NCBI GenBank assembly: GCA_015680685.1
Contig: MNCI01000668.1
Span: forward strand, 1,110,715 to 1,174,714
From: Gnetum montanum
Taxonomy: Eukaryota; Plantae; Gnetophyta
Length of the DNA stretch: 64,000 nucleotides
Reading direction: 5' to 3'
Positions 39,701 through 51,300 of this stretch are shown here, piece by piece. Numbering within the stretch: the first letter of the stretch is position 1; each line of letters starts with the position of its first letter. Both the position numbers and the translations under genes were made by a program. The notes beneath the pieces are model-generated. The model saw only the letters and a list, made by a program, of their open reading frames with translations, was not told the origin of the DNA and made no database searches.

Positions 39701-40454
39701 ATCTACATTGTAAGAAATCCTCATATGGTCAAATCTTAGCCATGTACATGAAGGATACCATATTACAAAGCACATGACCTTACCATAGTAGCCAATAGAA
39801 GCTTAAGTAAGAAGGGATGCTACTATGGAAACAAGACATGAACTTGATAAAGAAAAGTGAGTACCACAAATGGTTGTCTTAAAGGAAAGAGACAATGCAA
39901 TGTTCCATATAGAGAAATTTTATCAGACCCATGGATCTCTGATGAGACGCGGTTTACGTCGACCGCGATATCGCGTATCGCATCCCCTGCGATATCGCGT
40001 CCTTTCCTACGATATTGCATACGCGATATCGCAGTCCGCCGCCATGTCTATAAATAAGAGGCGGCTCTCCCTTGTTTAGGGATCCCAGTTTTAGTGTAGC
40101 GAAGCTCTGGCAGTTTGATCCCTCTAGAGTTAGAATTTTCCCGTGTCTGCCCGCAGTGTCGTGAATGTGATTGTACGGTGTCTTTATTCGAGTGTGCCGT
40201 ACTTGGACACGCACATGACCGGCAATAAAGATCGAGATTACTTCATCATTGCAGCATTCACTTAGTTTATTTATTTGTTATTTATTTAATGTTATTTATT
40301 GCTTTCATAGCGCGGTGTGAGTACGACTTGACTACGAGCATCTACGGGTGTGTACGGCTAGTTAAGGAATTGGTTACTCATCGCGATTAGTCTCTCACCC
40401 TTAAACTCCTAGAAGCGGAACGAGTACGACTTGATTACGAGCATTTAAGTGTGA

Positions 40455-40580
40455 CTGCTTGGTAGCCCAGTGGTGTAGCTAGGGGGATCTACGCTTGGTA
40501 ACCCAGTGGCGTATTTGGGGTCTGCGCTTGGTAATCCCAGTGGCGTACCTAGGCCTATGCTTGGTAGTCCCAGTGGCAGT
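40455..40580. repeat. Four ~33-bp tandem repeats within the LTR
   Basis: CTTGGTA(G/A).CCAGTGG repeated four times. Confidence 0.85.
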
Positions 40581-41063
40581 CGTGCACGAAGTCCAAGATG
40601 TGTACGGTTGATCAAGGAATCGGTTGCTCGTCGCACTTAGGCTAGATTAGATTTTCTTACCCTTTTTCCTCTTAGCTTAGCTTAGTTAGTATTATTTTCC
40701 ACTTCCTTCAGGAGTAGCATTAGATTAGGAACACATCATACACCTCATCTAGACTAAACCATACGTGACATATGCAAAACTAGTCTAGATGGGAAGACAG
40801 CGAACTGCGACCTAAGGCTAACTATCTAGATACGACAACTAGTCCATCTGCGGAGTTCGACCGGATCGCATGTGCGACGCTCATTTCGTATGGTTGAGTG
40901 TAGGGGTACCTCGCCACTCATCATTGACGCCGTTGCCGGGGATGGTGCTAGTTATCTAGATTAGTTATATCATACAAGGTTGCTGTATAGAACTTAACGA
41001 TATATCTCTTAGAAAGAAGAAATAATAAAAAGTCACATTCAAATTCACAGACCACTTTAAACA

Positions 41064-42341
41064 ATGCCTCTCCTACAAGATGACAATAATGCCACACTTA
41101 GTGAGGAAGTTCATTGGAGAACCGATGAAGTATATGATAGTGAATATTGGAGTGTGCAAACTTATGCAGGAGTCTCCTATGTTTATGAACACCCCAACGA
41201 TACTCAAAGACTCTCGTCATCCAACTCTGACATATCTAGTGAGGATGAGACATCCCATAGAACGAGAAGGCCCAAAAGGCTTAGGACCTTCTCAATAACT
41301 AACAAGAACTTACTTGGGGATGATTGGAAGACTTACAAAAGTCATAACAAATTTTACAGTTCCTTCTCTTCCTCTACTTCTTCAACATCAGATTGTGACA
41401 TGAATCACTATCTTTTAAGGGATCGACGTAGAACTAAAAATCGAGCTCACAATGAAAATCAAGAATGCCAACATAAACAAAGGCAGCATCATCCAAGCTT
41501 ACAAACTCACAACCTACTTAGTGATGATGAACCCCTGCTAGACACTAAGAGCTTAACGCTAATACAAGAGGCTGTTCGAATCTCACGTAGGCATCGTAAA
41601 GAGAGCCGACTACCCAGGCTCAATTTAAACAACTTTCCTGCATTTTCAGGAGGCTATGACTTAGATCCATATCAACATTTACAAGCCTTCTACGATGCCT
41701 GCACATGGAACAACATTGATAATGGGTGGAAAAAACTTAAGCTCTTTCCTATGACACTCGTTGACCAAGCAAAAGTATGGTATAGATCGTTAAAACCAAA
41801 TTCAATACAACGTTGGTCAACAATGGTAGAAGTTTTTAATGATAGATATCAAACCTACGCTAGAGTGTCAGCCTTGAGGAAACAAATCCAAGGATGGAAA
41901 AAAGCAAAACATGAACCCTTGGATATGACCTTAGAGAGATATTATTCAATGTTAAACAACTGTCCAGGTCATGGGTTTTCCGAGGAAAGGCTAATGTACC
42001 ATATCATTGATGGGTTACGTAATGAAACCAGAGAGACCTTAGGAACGTATGCCCGAGGTCAACTATACAACCTACGAACCCATCAAATCCAAGAGCTTAT
42101 TAAGCGGGTAGCAAAAGAAGAGGGAGAAATAGCTACATGGGAGAGTGTTGAAAAACATCAACGGGACCAGAATATTAACTCAACAAAGGTCCATGATCAT
42201 AACAAGGTGAGATCAACAAATTCCAAGGTGGAAACATCATCTTTGCCAATACAACAATTGTTAGAAGAAGCTGAGGCAAAGATCAATAAGATGTTGGAAT
42301 GGATGAATCAAAAGTGTGGAGAATATATCAACATTATTTGA
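41064..42341 (+). CDS. gag: Retrotransposon Gag (425 aa open; continues after a stop into CxxC..H..C and Pro-rich region to ~43331)
   Basis: FSGGYDLDPYQHLQAF...LFPMTLVDQAKVWY...CPGHGF; CNICLYDHPKGQC downstream. Confidence 0.9.
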   Translation: MPLLQDDNNATLSEEVHWRTDEVYDSEYWSVQTYAGVSYVYEHPNDTQRLSSSNSDISSEDETSHRTRRPKRLRTFSITNKNLLGDDWKTYKSHNKFYSSFSSSTSSTSDCDMNHYLLRDRRRTKNRAHNENQECQHKQRQHHPSLQTHNLLSDDEPLLDTKSLTLIQEAVRISRRHRKESRLPRLNLNNFPAFSGGYDLDPYQHLQAFYDACTWNNIDNGWKKLKLFPMTLVDQAKVWYRSLKPNSIQRWSTMVEVFNDRYQTYARVSALRKQIQGWKKAKHEPLDMTLERYYSMLNNCPGHGFSEERLMYHIIDGLRNETRETLGTYARGQLYNLRTHQIQELIKRVAKEEGEIATWESVEKHQRDQNINSTKVHDHNKVRSTNSKVETSSLPIQQLLEEAEAKINKMLEWMNQKCGEYINII

Positions 42342-44689
42342 GATAGAGTTTTGATAACCCAAGAAGCAGGGCGAAATAATAGACATTCGGAGAAAAGGAA
42401 CGAAGGGAATAAGTGCTCAACTGCCAATCATATGTATGAATGTAACATATGCCTGTACGATCACCCCAAAGGCCAATGCCCAATCTTGTTACATCTACAT
42501 GAGCATTGGGGAAACACGTTACATCCAGAGTTCATACAGAGATACTGTGTTAGACCACAGTGGCAACAATCCCAGTCATGGGGGAATCCACCCTTAGACT
42601 GGAGGCACCCTTCACATTTTCCGAATCCAAACGCTTATAACGTTCAACATCCTGTTTCTTCGACTGGGCCGCCACACTTTATCTCACCACAATACCATTC
42701 TCCACAATACTATCAGCCCATACTGCCAACACAACCACCACCTTGTGCACATTATATTCCTCCTAACTTTTAACATTCTCATCCTTTCCCTCCTTCCACC
42801 ATGCCACCAACTGTTCCTAAGTTGTTTGTACCACCGCAACCCATGAACAACACTTGTGCTGCTGCTACTAACAGTAGTGAAGAGCCTCCTCAACATCAAA
42901 GGCGTCCTTTCTTTATACACGGCTGTAGGAAGGGACAACATAATTCTGAGGCCACTGCATCTTCCAACCCAGCACAAGTTCAACAATGTGGTGCACCCTT
43001 ACCTTCGAACCCAACGCCTCATGTAACTTCGTCAGGGCCACCATCAAACACTCCAACAACCATAAGGCCCAATGAACACAACCATGGGAGGCATCAGCCC
43101 AATCCTTGCATACCATCTAATGGTCCTAAATATCATAGTGGGTCAACTCGTGATCCGGGAACTACATCATATGAAGTGCCCCACTGTGTTTATTACAAAG
43201 TGTGTGAAATCCAAGGTGATACATATGGACCAGCTTCAATATTTCCAATATGCAAGGATCCTTATTTTCCATTTATTAATCCTAGCCATACTCAACCGTT
43301 TAGTTATGGGGGGTACCCCCCATTTCAATAACAAGCAGGATTAATGAATATTTTTCATTTTCTTTAATTTTTCAACTTTTTTTTTTACCCTTTTTGTGTG
43401 TTTGTATATTCATGTTTTTGTAAGTGATCTCATCTATGAATAAAACACTCATGTGGATCATTGGTTGAGATGGGTTTTATGTTATTAAGTCATGGGTGGT
43501 CAATTATTTGAAATAGTGAGCCCATTACACCCACTCATCCACTCTATAAATAAAGAGGTTCTGTTCTGTGGTACAGTGATATTCTTGAAATTTCTAAAAC
43601 TTAAAATTAATTTTGTGTTCATTGTACCCAGAATGAAGAAGGATGGACCAAGAGGGAATGATTAGGGTGTGACATCAAGGGGACTTGTGGATTCTCTTTG
43701 GTGTCATATGTGGGTTTTATCATGCAACTTGGTCGTACTAAGATCCTTGTAGATCTAAAGAAAAATGGGAGTAAGGGTAATCAAAAGGGCACTCGACAAT
43801 CAAAAGCTGTTCTAGGGGGTCCCACTGGAAAGACATGCACCCATGCCTGATGGTTGGCGGCTTCTCTAGATTCAGTAAAGTGAAAAAAAAGAAGAAAAAG
43901 AAGAAGAAGATAAAAAGAAGTGCCATAAAACAAAAATCACTCCTCCCTTGTACTAAACGCCAAGTGATCGTACGCCCTATTGTTATGGTACTCCTATAGT
44001 TGTTCACCATGGGATGAAACAATGCGATGTCACTATTTAGAGGAATGGACTTGGTCTTGATCTTGAAATAATGGGTTAATGACACATTAATCATGCTTTA
44101 CACGCAGGATTCATGGTGCCCTGCGACAGTTACCTCATGTCCCGATCTCTACGATCCCTTTCTCTACTTCATCTCATCTTACTGTTCGTGTAATTGTAGC
44201 TCGTGTCCCATGTAACATAAAATTTTCATCTCATTCTAGTGATATTTACATGTTTGTGTTTTGTGGAGTTAGTGCAGATTACAATTCACCCTTCTAGTGC
44301 CCACGGACACTTTAAGTGTGATTACACAAGGGCATAATAGGTTGAAACCTGCTTTGGGGAGGACCCACTTGTGTAATTTTGTTGTAATCATCATTAATTC
44401 TCTGCTCCAACACACCATTTCTTACCCTCAGCTTAGTTTTCTATAATTTTCTTTCCCATTTATTAACCCTCAAACTTTAACGTTCCAATGTACCATTATA
44501 TTCCCTTTTCTTCATAACCGCCAAAGTTTAATTGTTAAATTCACACAAATATCATTCAAAGTGCCTCTCGAATTCATGTAATTACCCTTGAATACATTCA
44601 TCCTTGTTAATGTCCTCATTTTACATATTGATTTCAAGAAAAATCATTACAAATTCGGTGTTTGCCAGTTGTCTCACTTTGGTTGGGCC

Positions 44690-44824
44690 GAGATATCGTG
44701 TACGCGATATTGTGTCCCACAAGATATCGCGTCCGCAATGTACCATACGTGATATCGCGTCCCCCAAGATATCGCATATGCAATGTACCGTACGCGATAT
44801 CGTGTCCCCCCCTTCTTATAAATA
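44690..44824 (+). promoter_or_regulatory. Putative internal promoter: six GATATCG-type motifs plus TATAAATA
   Basis: Motifs at 44692, 44706, 44724, 44751, 44768 and 44796; TATA 44817-44824; same architecture as LTR U3 (39967-40056). Confidence 0.7.
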
Positions 44825-45297
44825 GGAACCCCTACAACACTTAGCATCATTTGGTATTTACGCGGGGGGTGGGGGGGGGAAATTTTTGAATTTTGTCTAT
44901 GCGACTTGTGCTTGAGTGACCCTTGCTTTTTCAACTATATCTCGCGTGCTGGTACTCCGATTTGAATTCCATTTGAACCTGATTGACCCTGGAGTGTTCA
45001 GTTTAGTCGTGGGGGAGAGACACTTGCCGAAAAGTGCCTAACTTTTTTGAAATTTGTCATCAGCCAAAAGGACATCAATTAGGGTAATTAATACTAACAC
45101 GTAGAAAATTGTGCCACACATCATATAACCTTAAGTATACCGGGAGATTAAAACGAAAATCTGTCTAAGTCATAGAACCCATTATCATAATTTTCGAGCT
45201 CGATCACACAATAACATAAGATCTTTAATTAAGGCAAGTAGTAAGGTATAACTTGATTTCTTAAACAAACTTACTAACGTTGGCCGTGTGATTGCAG

Positions 45298-47386
45298 ATG
45301 GCCCCGAAACGCTCCTAGCAGAAGAGTCCGACCCAAGGTAGAGAAAAGCAACCTAGGAGAGGTCGAAGACAAGTCCCTGCTGGACAACATAATGAACAGG
45401 AGGTGCATTCATTCAGCATTCATCAAGACGAACCTCCTACCAGACGGTCCGGGTAGGCAGAAGGAGGAGTCGTTGCGCCTGAACTGGGACAACAACTCAT
45501 GTTGCCCCCGGAATGTGTTCAGGCCATCCACACGAAGTCCACAATTGCCTCGTGATTGTGGAACTCAACTTCGAATCTTTTGCAGAGTTCGCTCCTGAGG
45601 CTGTTAGGGATCACCTCAAAGGGTCTCCCTTATGGCTTGTCCTCTCTGAACAAGGTGCCTGGTACTTAGGAGAAACGTACCTATTTTGGCACAATAAAGA
45701 GCAAGGCACCACAGTAAACATCGGTGGTGTGACANTCAACCTCCAGCCACAGGCCCCAGCCAACAACAAGAAGTAGGACTCGGCACAGGCCAGGATCAGC
45801 TGCCGCCGCAAGACTATAGACCGTCAATGAGCCACTTGAGGGCCATTGCTGAGACGGTTAGTTGGGGAAGTCGTGATGACACCAGTCTCTTTCGTGTCAT
45901 CGATGATGCCAGATAGCCTACAATTTCAATAGATCGCATAAGGGGTGAGTTGTTAGTGTAAATAGGAGGAGGGGAAAGTAGATGATCACAACAGATTTCT
46001 GGGCGTGCGGCATCTTTTCAAGTGCAATTAGAGACTGGTGAAGGGGCCACAGTGGTGGTCATGCAACACCAGGATGCTGCAGGAGCAGCTGAAGTGGTCA
46101 CTGACCACATCAAAGAATCTTTTAATGTACCTGTTGTGCCACCGGTGGATCTTTCAGGAGCATAGGATGCTCAAACTATTGTCGGAANTCAAGGTAAGGG
46201 CTGAGCATGCTGAAGCTGAAGTGCAGAAATTACAAGAGCAGCTCATCGCCTTACAAGCAGCACAGCGGGATCCCTTGCGATTGGTTCCCGCAGACTAGTT
46301 AGACAATTTTAGAACAGAGCAACTAACCAAATTAATTGCAGAAAATAAGAAGGTGGCAGAAGAAAAGGAGATGGCCTCTTGGGATGCCTCCACAGCAAAT
46401 GCGCAAACCCATGCGCATCTTCACACACTCAAGGCCTTACAAGAAGAGAATAAGCAGTTGGTTGCTGATAACCTTCGGTTGACTTCTATGGAGAAGCAAA
46501 AGAATGTTCTTGATGAGCACTTTCATTGGCTACGAGAATAATTTATTCGAGTTAACCAAGATGTAAGCCGTTTAGCCAGAGAAAATCAAACCCTCTCAAT
46601 GGAAGAGGTACACGCTATTCGACAGAAATCAGCCATCGAGATTAGTGCATGGCAGAATGAGGCTAACGACATGAGAAGCTAAAGGAGCACTTCCGTGACT
46701 AGGTGGGAATGTACAAACAGATCCTGGAGAAGGAGATCCATATGGCCAAAGCTCAAATCAACAGCATCAGTGCCCAGCACACTGATTGGGGGGCCATATT
46801 GGACACTTATGCCTACGCCCACCAAGTGGAAATTAAGAACCGGGACCTGCAGATCCAAGACTTAACTGAATACATGGAGTTGGCAAATCTTCGATATGCC
46901 AACCTAGCCATGTTAACAGCAGGACGCCCGAGGTTAGAGCTCGAGCAGCAGGTAGCTTCCACCCATATTAAATATGAAGCAGAATTTGCAGGATGGAAGA
47001 AGTTGGCTGAAAAACTAGATGTTGCAAATTTTGAACTTGGGGTGGTAAAAGAAAGCTACCAAGGACAGAAAGATGTGGCAACTGAATTGGCTTGTCAGCT
47101 AACAAAACTTCATGAATACAAAGACAGAGCTAGAGCCTATGAAGAGGAACGACGGGTGTTCGCGGCGTGGTACGTCAAAGCTAATCAGATGTTCCTGCAA
47201 CTACCCTATCCATGGGAAGTGCCAACTCCATCAAACATCGGAGCATTAGCATGGACGACACAAGACCCTTAGACCAAAGAGGAGAAACTCCAGGCTATTC
47301 TTCAGCATCATCAATCTTCAAAGCTTGGAGCACATAACAAAGGGAAAGCACCCATGGAGGAGCCACCATCACCAGGAACTACATGA
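45298..47386 (+). pseudogene. Athila-type ORF2 ('env-like' position), spliced, coiled-coil C-terminus
   Basis: TACTAAC 45272, TTGCAG|ATG, MAPKR start; WYLGETYLF..VNIGGV; long heptad-rich region; ends KGKAPMEEPP; single-N joins at 45735 and 46188. Confidence 0.8.
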
Positions 47387-48363
47387 GTTCCACATTTTTG
47401 TAGTTGTAGCATTTTTTCTCTGTGTTGTGTCTTCCCACACTGCAGCATTAGTCCATTTCTTTTTCTAGTTAATAATCCCATGCCTATCCACTGTGTAATC
47501 ACTGAAGCTTGTTCTCCTTGTAACTTGAGGATGAGTTTTTATTCAGTCGTGGGGGTATGATAAGACGTTGTTTGCGTCGGCCACGATATCGCGTACGTGA
47601 TATCACAGCCGATGCGATATCGCATCCCCCGCGATATCGCGTATGTGATATCGTAGTCCGCCACCATGTATATAAATAAGAGGCAGCTCTCCCTTATTTG
47701 GGGATCCCAGTTTTAGTGTAGCGAAGCTCTGGCAGTTTGATCCCTCCAGAGTTAGAATTTTCCCGTGTCTGCCCGCAGTGTGGTGAATGTGATTGTACGG
47801 TGTCTTTATTCAAGTGTGTCGTACTTGGACATGCACACTGGCAATAAAGATCGAGATTACTTAATCATTGTAGCATTCACTTAGTTTATTTATTGTTATT
47901 TATTTCATGTTATTTATTGCTTTCATAGCGCGGTGTGAGTACGACTTAGCTACGAGCATCTACGGGTGTGTACGGCTAGTTAAGGAATCNNNNNNNNNNN
48001 NNNNNNNNNNNNNNNNNNNNNNNNNNNNNNNNNNNNNNNNNNNNNNNNNNNNNNNNNNNNNNNNNNNNNNNNNNNNNNNNNNNNNNNNNNNNNNNNNNNN
48101 NNNNNNNNNNNNNNNNNNNNNNNNNNNNNNNNNNNNNNNNNNNNNNNNNNNNNNNNNNNNNNNGAACACATCATACACCTCATCTAGACTAAACCATACA
48201 TAACATATGCAAAACTAGTCTAGATGGGAAGACAGCAAACTGCGACCTAAGGCTAACTCTCTAGATACCACAACTAGTCCATCTGCGGAGTTCGACCAGA
48301 TCGCACGTGCGATGCTCGTTTCGTATGGTTGAGTGTAGGGGTACCTCGCCACTCATCAATCTC

Positions 48364-51300
48364 AATCTCAAACACCTGTTATCCATATCAAAGATCCTAT
48401 CAAGATACAATTACATTTAGCTCATTTAGAAACACCCAGAGGAGATAAGGAGGACTCCACACTTAGGAGGAATACAAGGCGTAGAACCTCCATTGAATCA
48501 AAAAGTGATGAATCAAGGAACCATAGAAGAAGAACTAGATGACAATGTTCTCCAACTTCTTTCTCTTCATCCTTACACTCACTTAGAGATTATGACAAGA
48601 GAGAAAGAAGAATGAGGGATCATGATAGGAAAAGGTAAAGAGATCTTGAGAGACATGAGCATCAAAAAAGACATCTTGATGAACAAGAGGATAATTATGA
48701 GAGAAGAAGAGATAGGATTAGACATGAAGAAAGAGAGCGTTATGAGTAGTGAAGGGGTCATAACTACAATAGATTCTATGAACTCAATGATCATGAAGAA
48801 CCCCTACTGGCAACTCATAAAATGATTAATATTAGAGAAGTAGTGCATATAAGCATGTAAGGGATAGCCACATCAAGAGACTAGATATGAATAACATTCT
48901 CAAGTTTGAAGGTGGATATAATGTAGATCCACAGCACCATCTTCAAGCCTTTCATGATACTTGTGCCCTTAAAAACATAGAGAATGATTGGAAAAAACTA
49001 AAGTTGTTTCCAAGAACACACATTAAGGAAGTAGAGAGCTGGTACAGATCCTTAGAAGTAGAAACAATATGAAGATGAAGTACCATACTAGAGATATTTA
49101 ATGACAAGTGTCAAACTTATTCTAGAGTGTCCAATTTAAGAAAACAAATTCAAGGATGGAAGCAAGGAATACATAAATCCCTTGATGCAACAATGAGTAG
49201 GTACTATTCATTACTATATAAATGCCTAGGCCATAGATTTTCTTAAAGTGAACAACTTAGACATATCAGTGATGGGTTAAGAAATAAGACTAGAGAAACT
49301 CTTGGGGTATATGCCTAAGGTAGGTTATCAAAAATGATAGTCCATCAAATTTAATGATTAATAGACCAAGTTGCCAAAAAGGAAGGATAATTTAAAGGAG
49401 AGAGAGAGAGAATTAGCTAAAGAGTATAATCGAGATCTTGCAATGAGAAAAAGGGATGTGAGAACATGCAAAAGATAGGAAGAAGAAACTTTGCAGGATA
49501 CAATCTATAGGAAGACTCTACCAATCCAAAAGTCAGTCAATGACATTGCAACTAAGGTAGAGAAAATGTGGGATTCTATGAATGAAAAATTTACTACTAC
49601 ACTCAAGATAGTAAAGGAAAAGATTGAATAAAAAAAATAAAGGAATAAAAGAAGAGATAATAGATAAGAAAGCTATAGACATAAAGGAAAAGTTCCTGTA
49701 GTTGAAGAATTAATAGACCCTAGTTTGAAAGATGAATAAGGATGCAAATTGTACTAATATAAACATCCTAAAGCATATTATCTTATTATGGCCCACTTAC
49801 AAGAATCTGGGGCATACGTGCTTAACCCAAGATTTATCAAGAAACAAATGCCAAGATGATTACCTTACCCAGAAGGTAACTCCTCACAACCTTAACAACT
49901 ATCATATTATCTAAGTAGAGCCTATCCTCAACTACAAGAGCAATTCCGGTAATAGTGGCAATAACCACAAGCATGGGGTATTCCATCACCAAGGTAGAAA
50001 TATCCATATAGGCAAACAAGTCCTTATGGATATTATGTTCAATGTCTAATCTCTCTAGGAAATTCTTTAGTCCATAAAGGATTTGAAGAATGAGGACTTC
50101 ACCTACATCCACCCTATATATACATACTACTTAATTGAACACTATGGTTCCACATTCTATGAACCTAAATTTGATCACTGTCATGTTCACTAAACTATTT
50201 TTTAGTGGATTAAAGTAAGAGTGATTTCCATGAATAGAATGGATCCTAGGAGTCCCTTAGTATATCTCCAAATAATAAGACATAAATCATACAAGGCTCT
50301 ATAAGATTTTGGGTCAAGAGTAAATCTGATTTCACAAGATATGTATAAATCTTGAAATCTTCCTCCACTTAAGAAAAGAAATATCCAACTAGAGCTTGTA
50401 AATCAATTAATGACTATCCCACTTGAACAAGTAGAAGATGTCATCACCACCATAAGTGGTTTGTCTTATTCTACTAACTTCTTAGTCATACACGTGGAAA
50501 AAAAAAAGGAGAATTTCCTATAATTATGGGAAGAGCATGACTTAGCACTATGGATGCTAAGCTTGGAATTAGAGACTTGTCCTTGGAAATCTCCAAGGAA
50601 GATGAAGCCAAAATCATATAGTAATGCCAAGTTTCATGTATGGAATACAACAATAATGGGTGTAATTGTGTGCACAAAATTTGGTCCGTAAAAAATAATT
50701 CCATCATAGTATGTAATGGATGTATAGAGGATATGTGTGTACAAAAGTGTTTGTATGGAGTAGCCAGCCAACAAGAAGGCACAATGTGGCTAATAATTGA
50801 AGATGAGACTAAATCTAACATATGCATGGAACCTACAAGTAGAATTACAAGTGCTTATGTAGAAGCAATTGACACATTTGAACAGTTTAAAAATAACCTC
50901 CTCACATCAAGTCATTTCAAAAAGAATATATTAAATGAGAAAGACTAGAAATACAAGAGACACATGAACCAAAATCCTAAGATTAAAAAATTCTACTAGA
51001 TATACTTGAATATGTCTTTCTGAATAATAAGAAATTGTAATTATAAATGTCAAACTTGATAAGGAACAAAAGAGAAAAATACTAGAAGTGGTAAATAAAT
51101 GGCCAATTACATTTGCATGGTCCTATGAAAAGATTACTAGAATTGACTCATGTATATGCCAACTTCAAATATATACAGATCCAGCTTTTAAACCATGCCA
51201 CCAATCTCAAAGAAGGTTAAACCCAAAGCTTAAAGAAGTTTTTAATCAAGAGTTAGAAAAATTATTGAAAGTAATAGTAGATGATGAATGGATTAGCTAA

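Larger units (their letters stand above)
39940..48358 (+). mobile_element. Younger non-autonomous Athila-like element (gag + ORF2, no pol) nested in the gag of the old element
   Basis: Perfect TSD ATCTC; LTRs 39940-40923 and 47558-48358; PBS TGACGCCGTTGCCGGGGA 40925-40942; PPT AGTCGTGGGGGTA before 47558. Confidence 0.95.

Noticed and set aside
45735-46188. Apparent internal deletions in the young ORF2 relative to the old ORF2
   Set aside because: Both coincide with single N characters, so the missing sequence may be assembly-related
45298-47386. ORF2 as a true envelope glycoprotein
   Set aside because: No signal peptide or clear transmembrane segment in the visible sequence; basic MAPKR start and coiled-coil instead (parts hidden at N joins)
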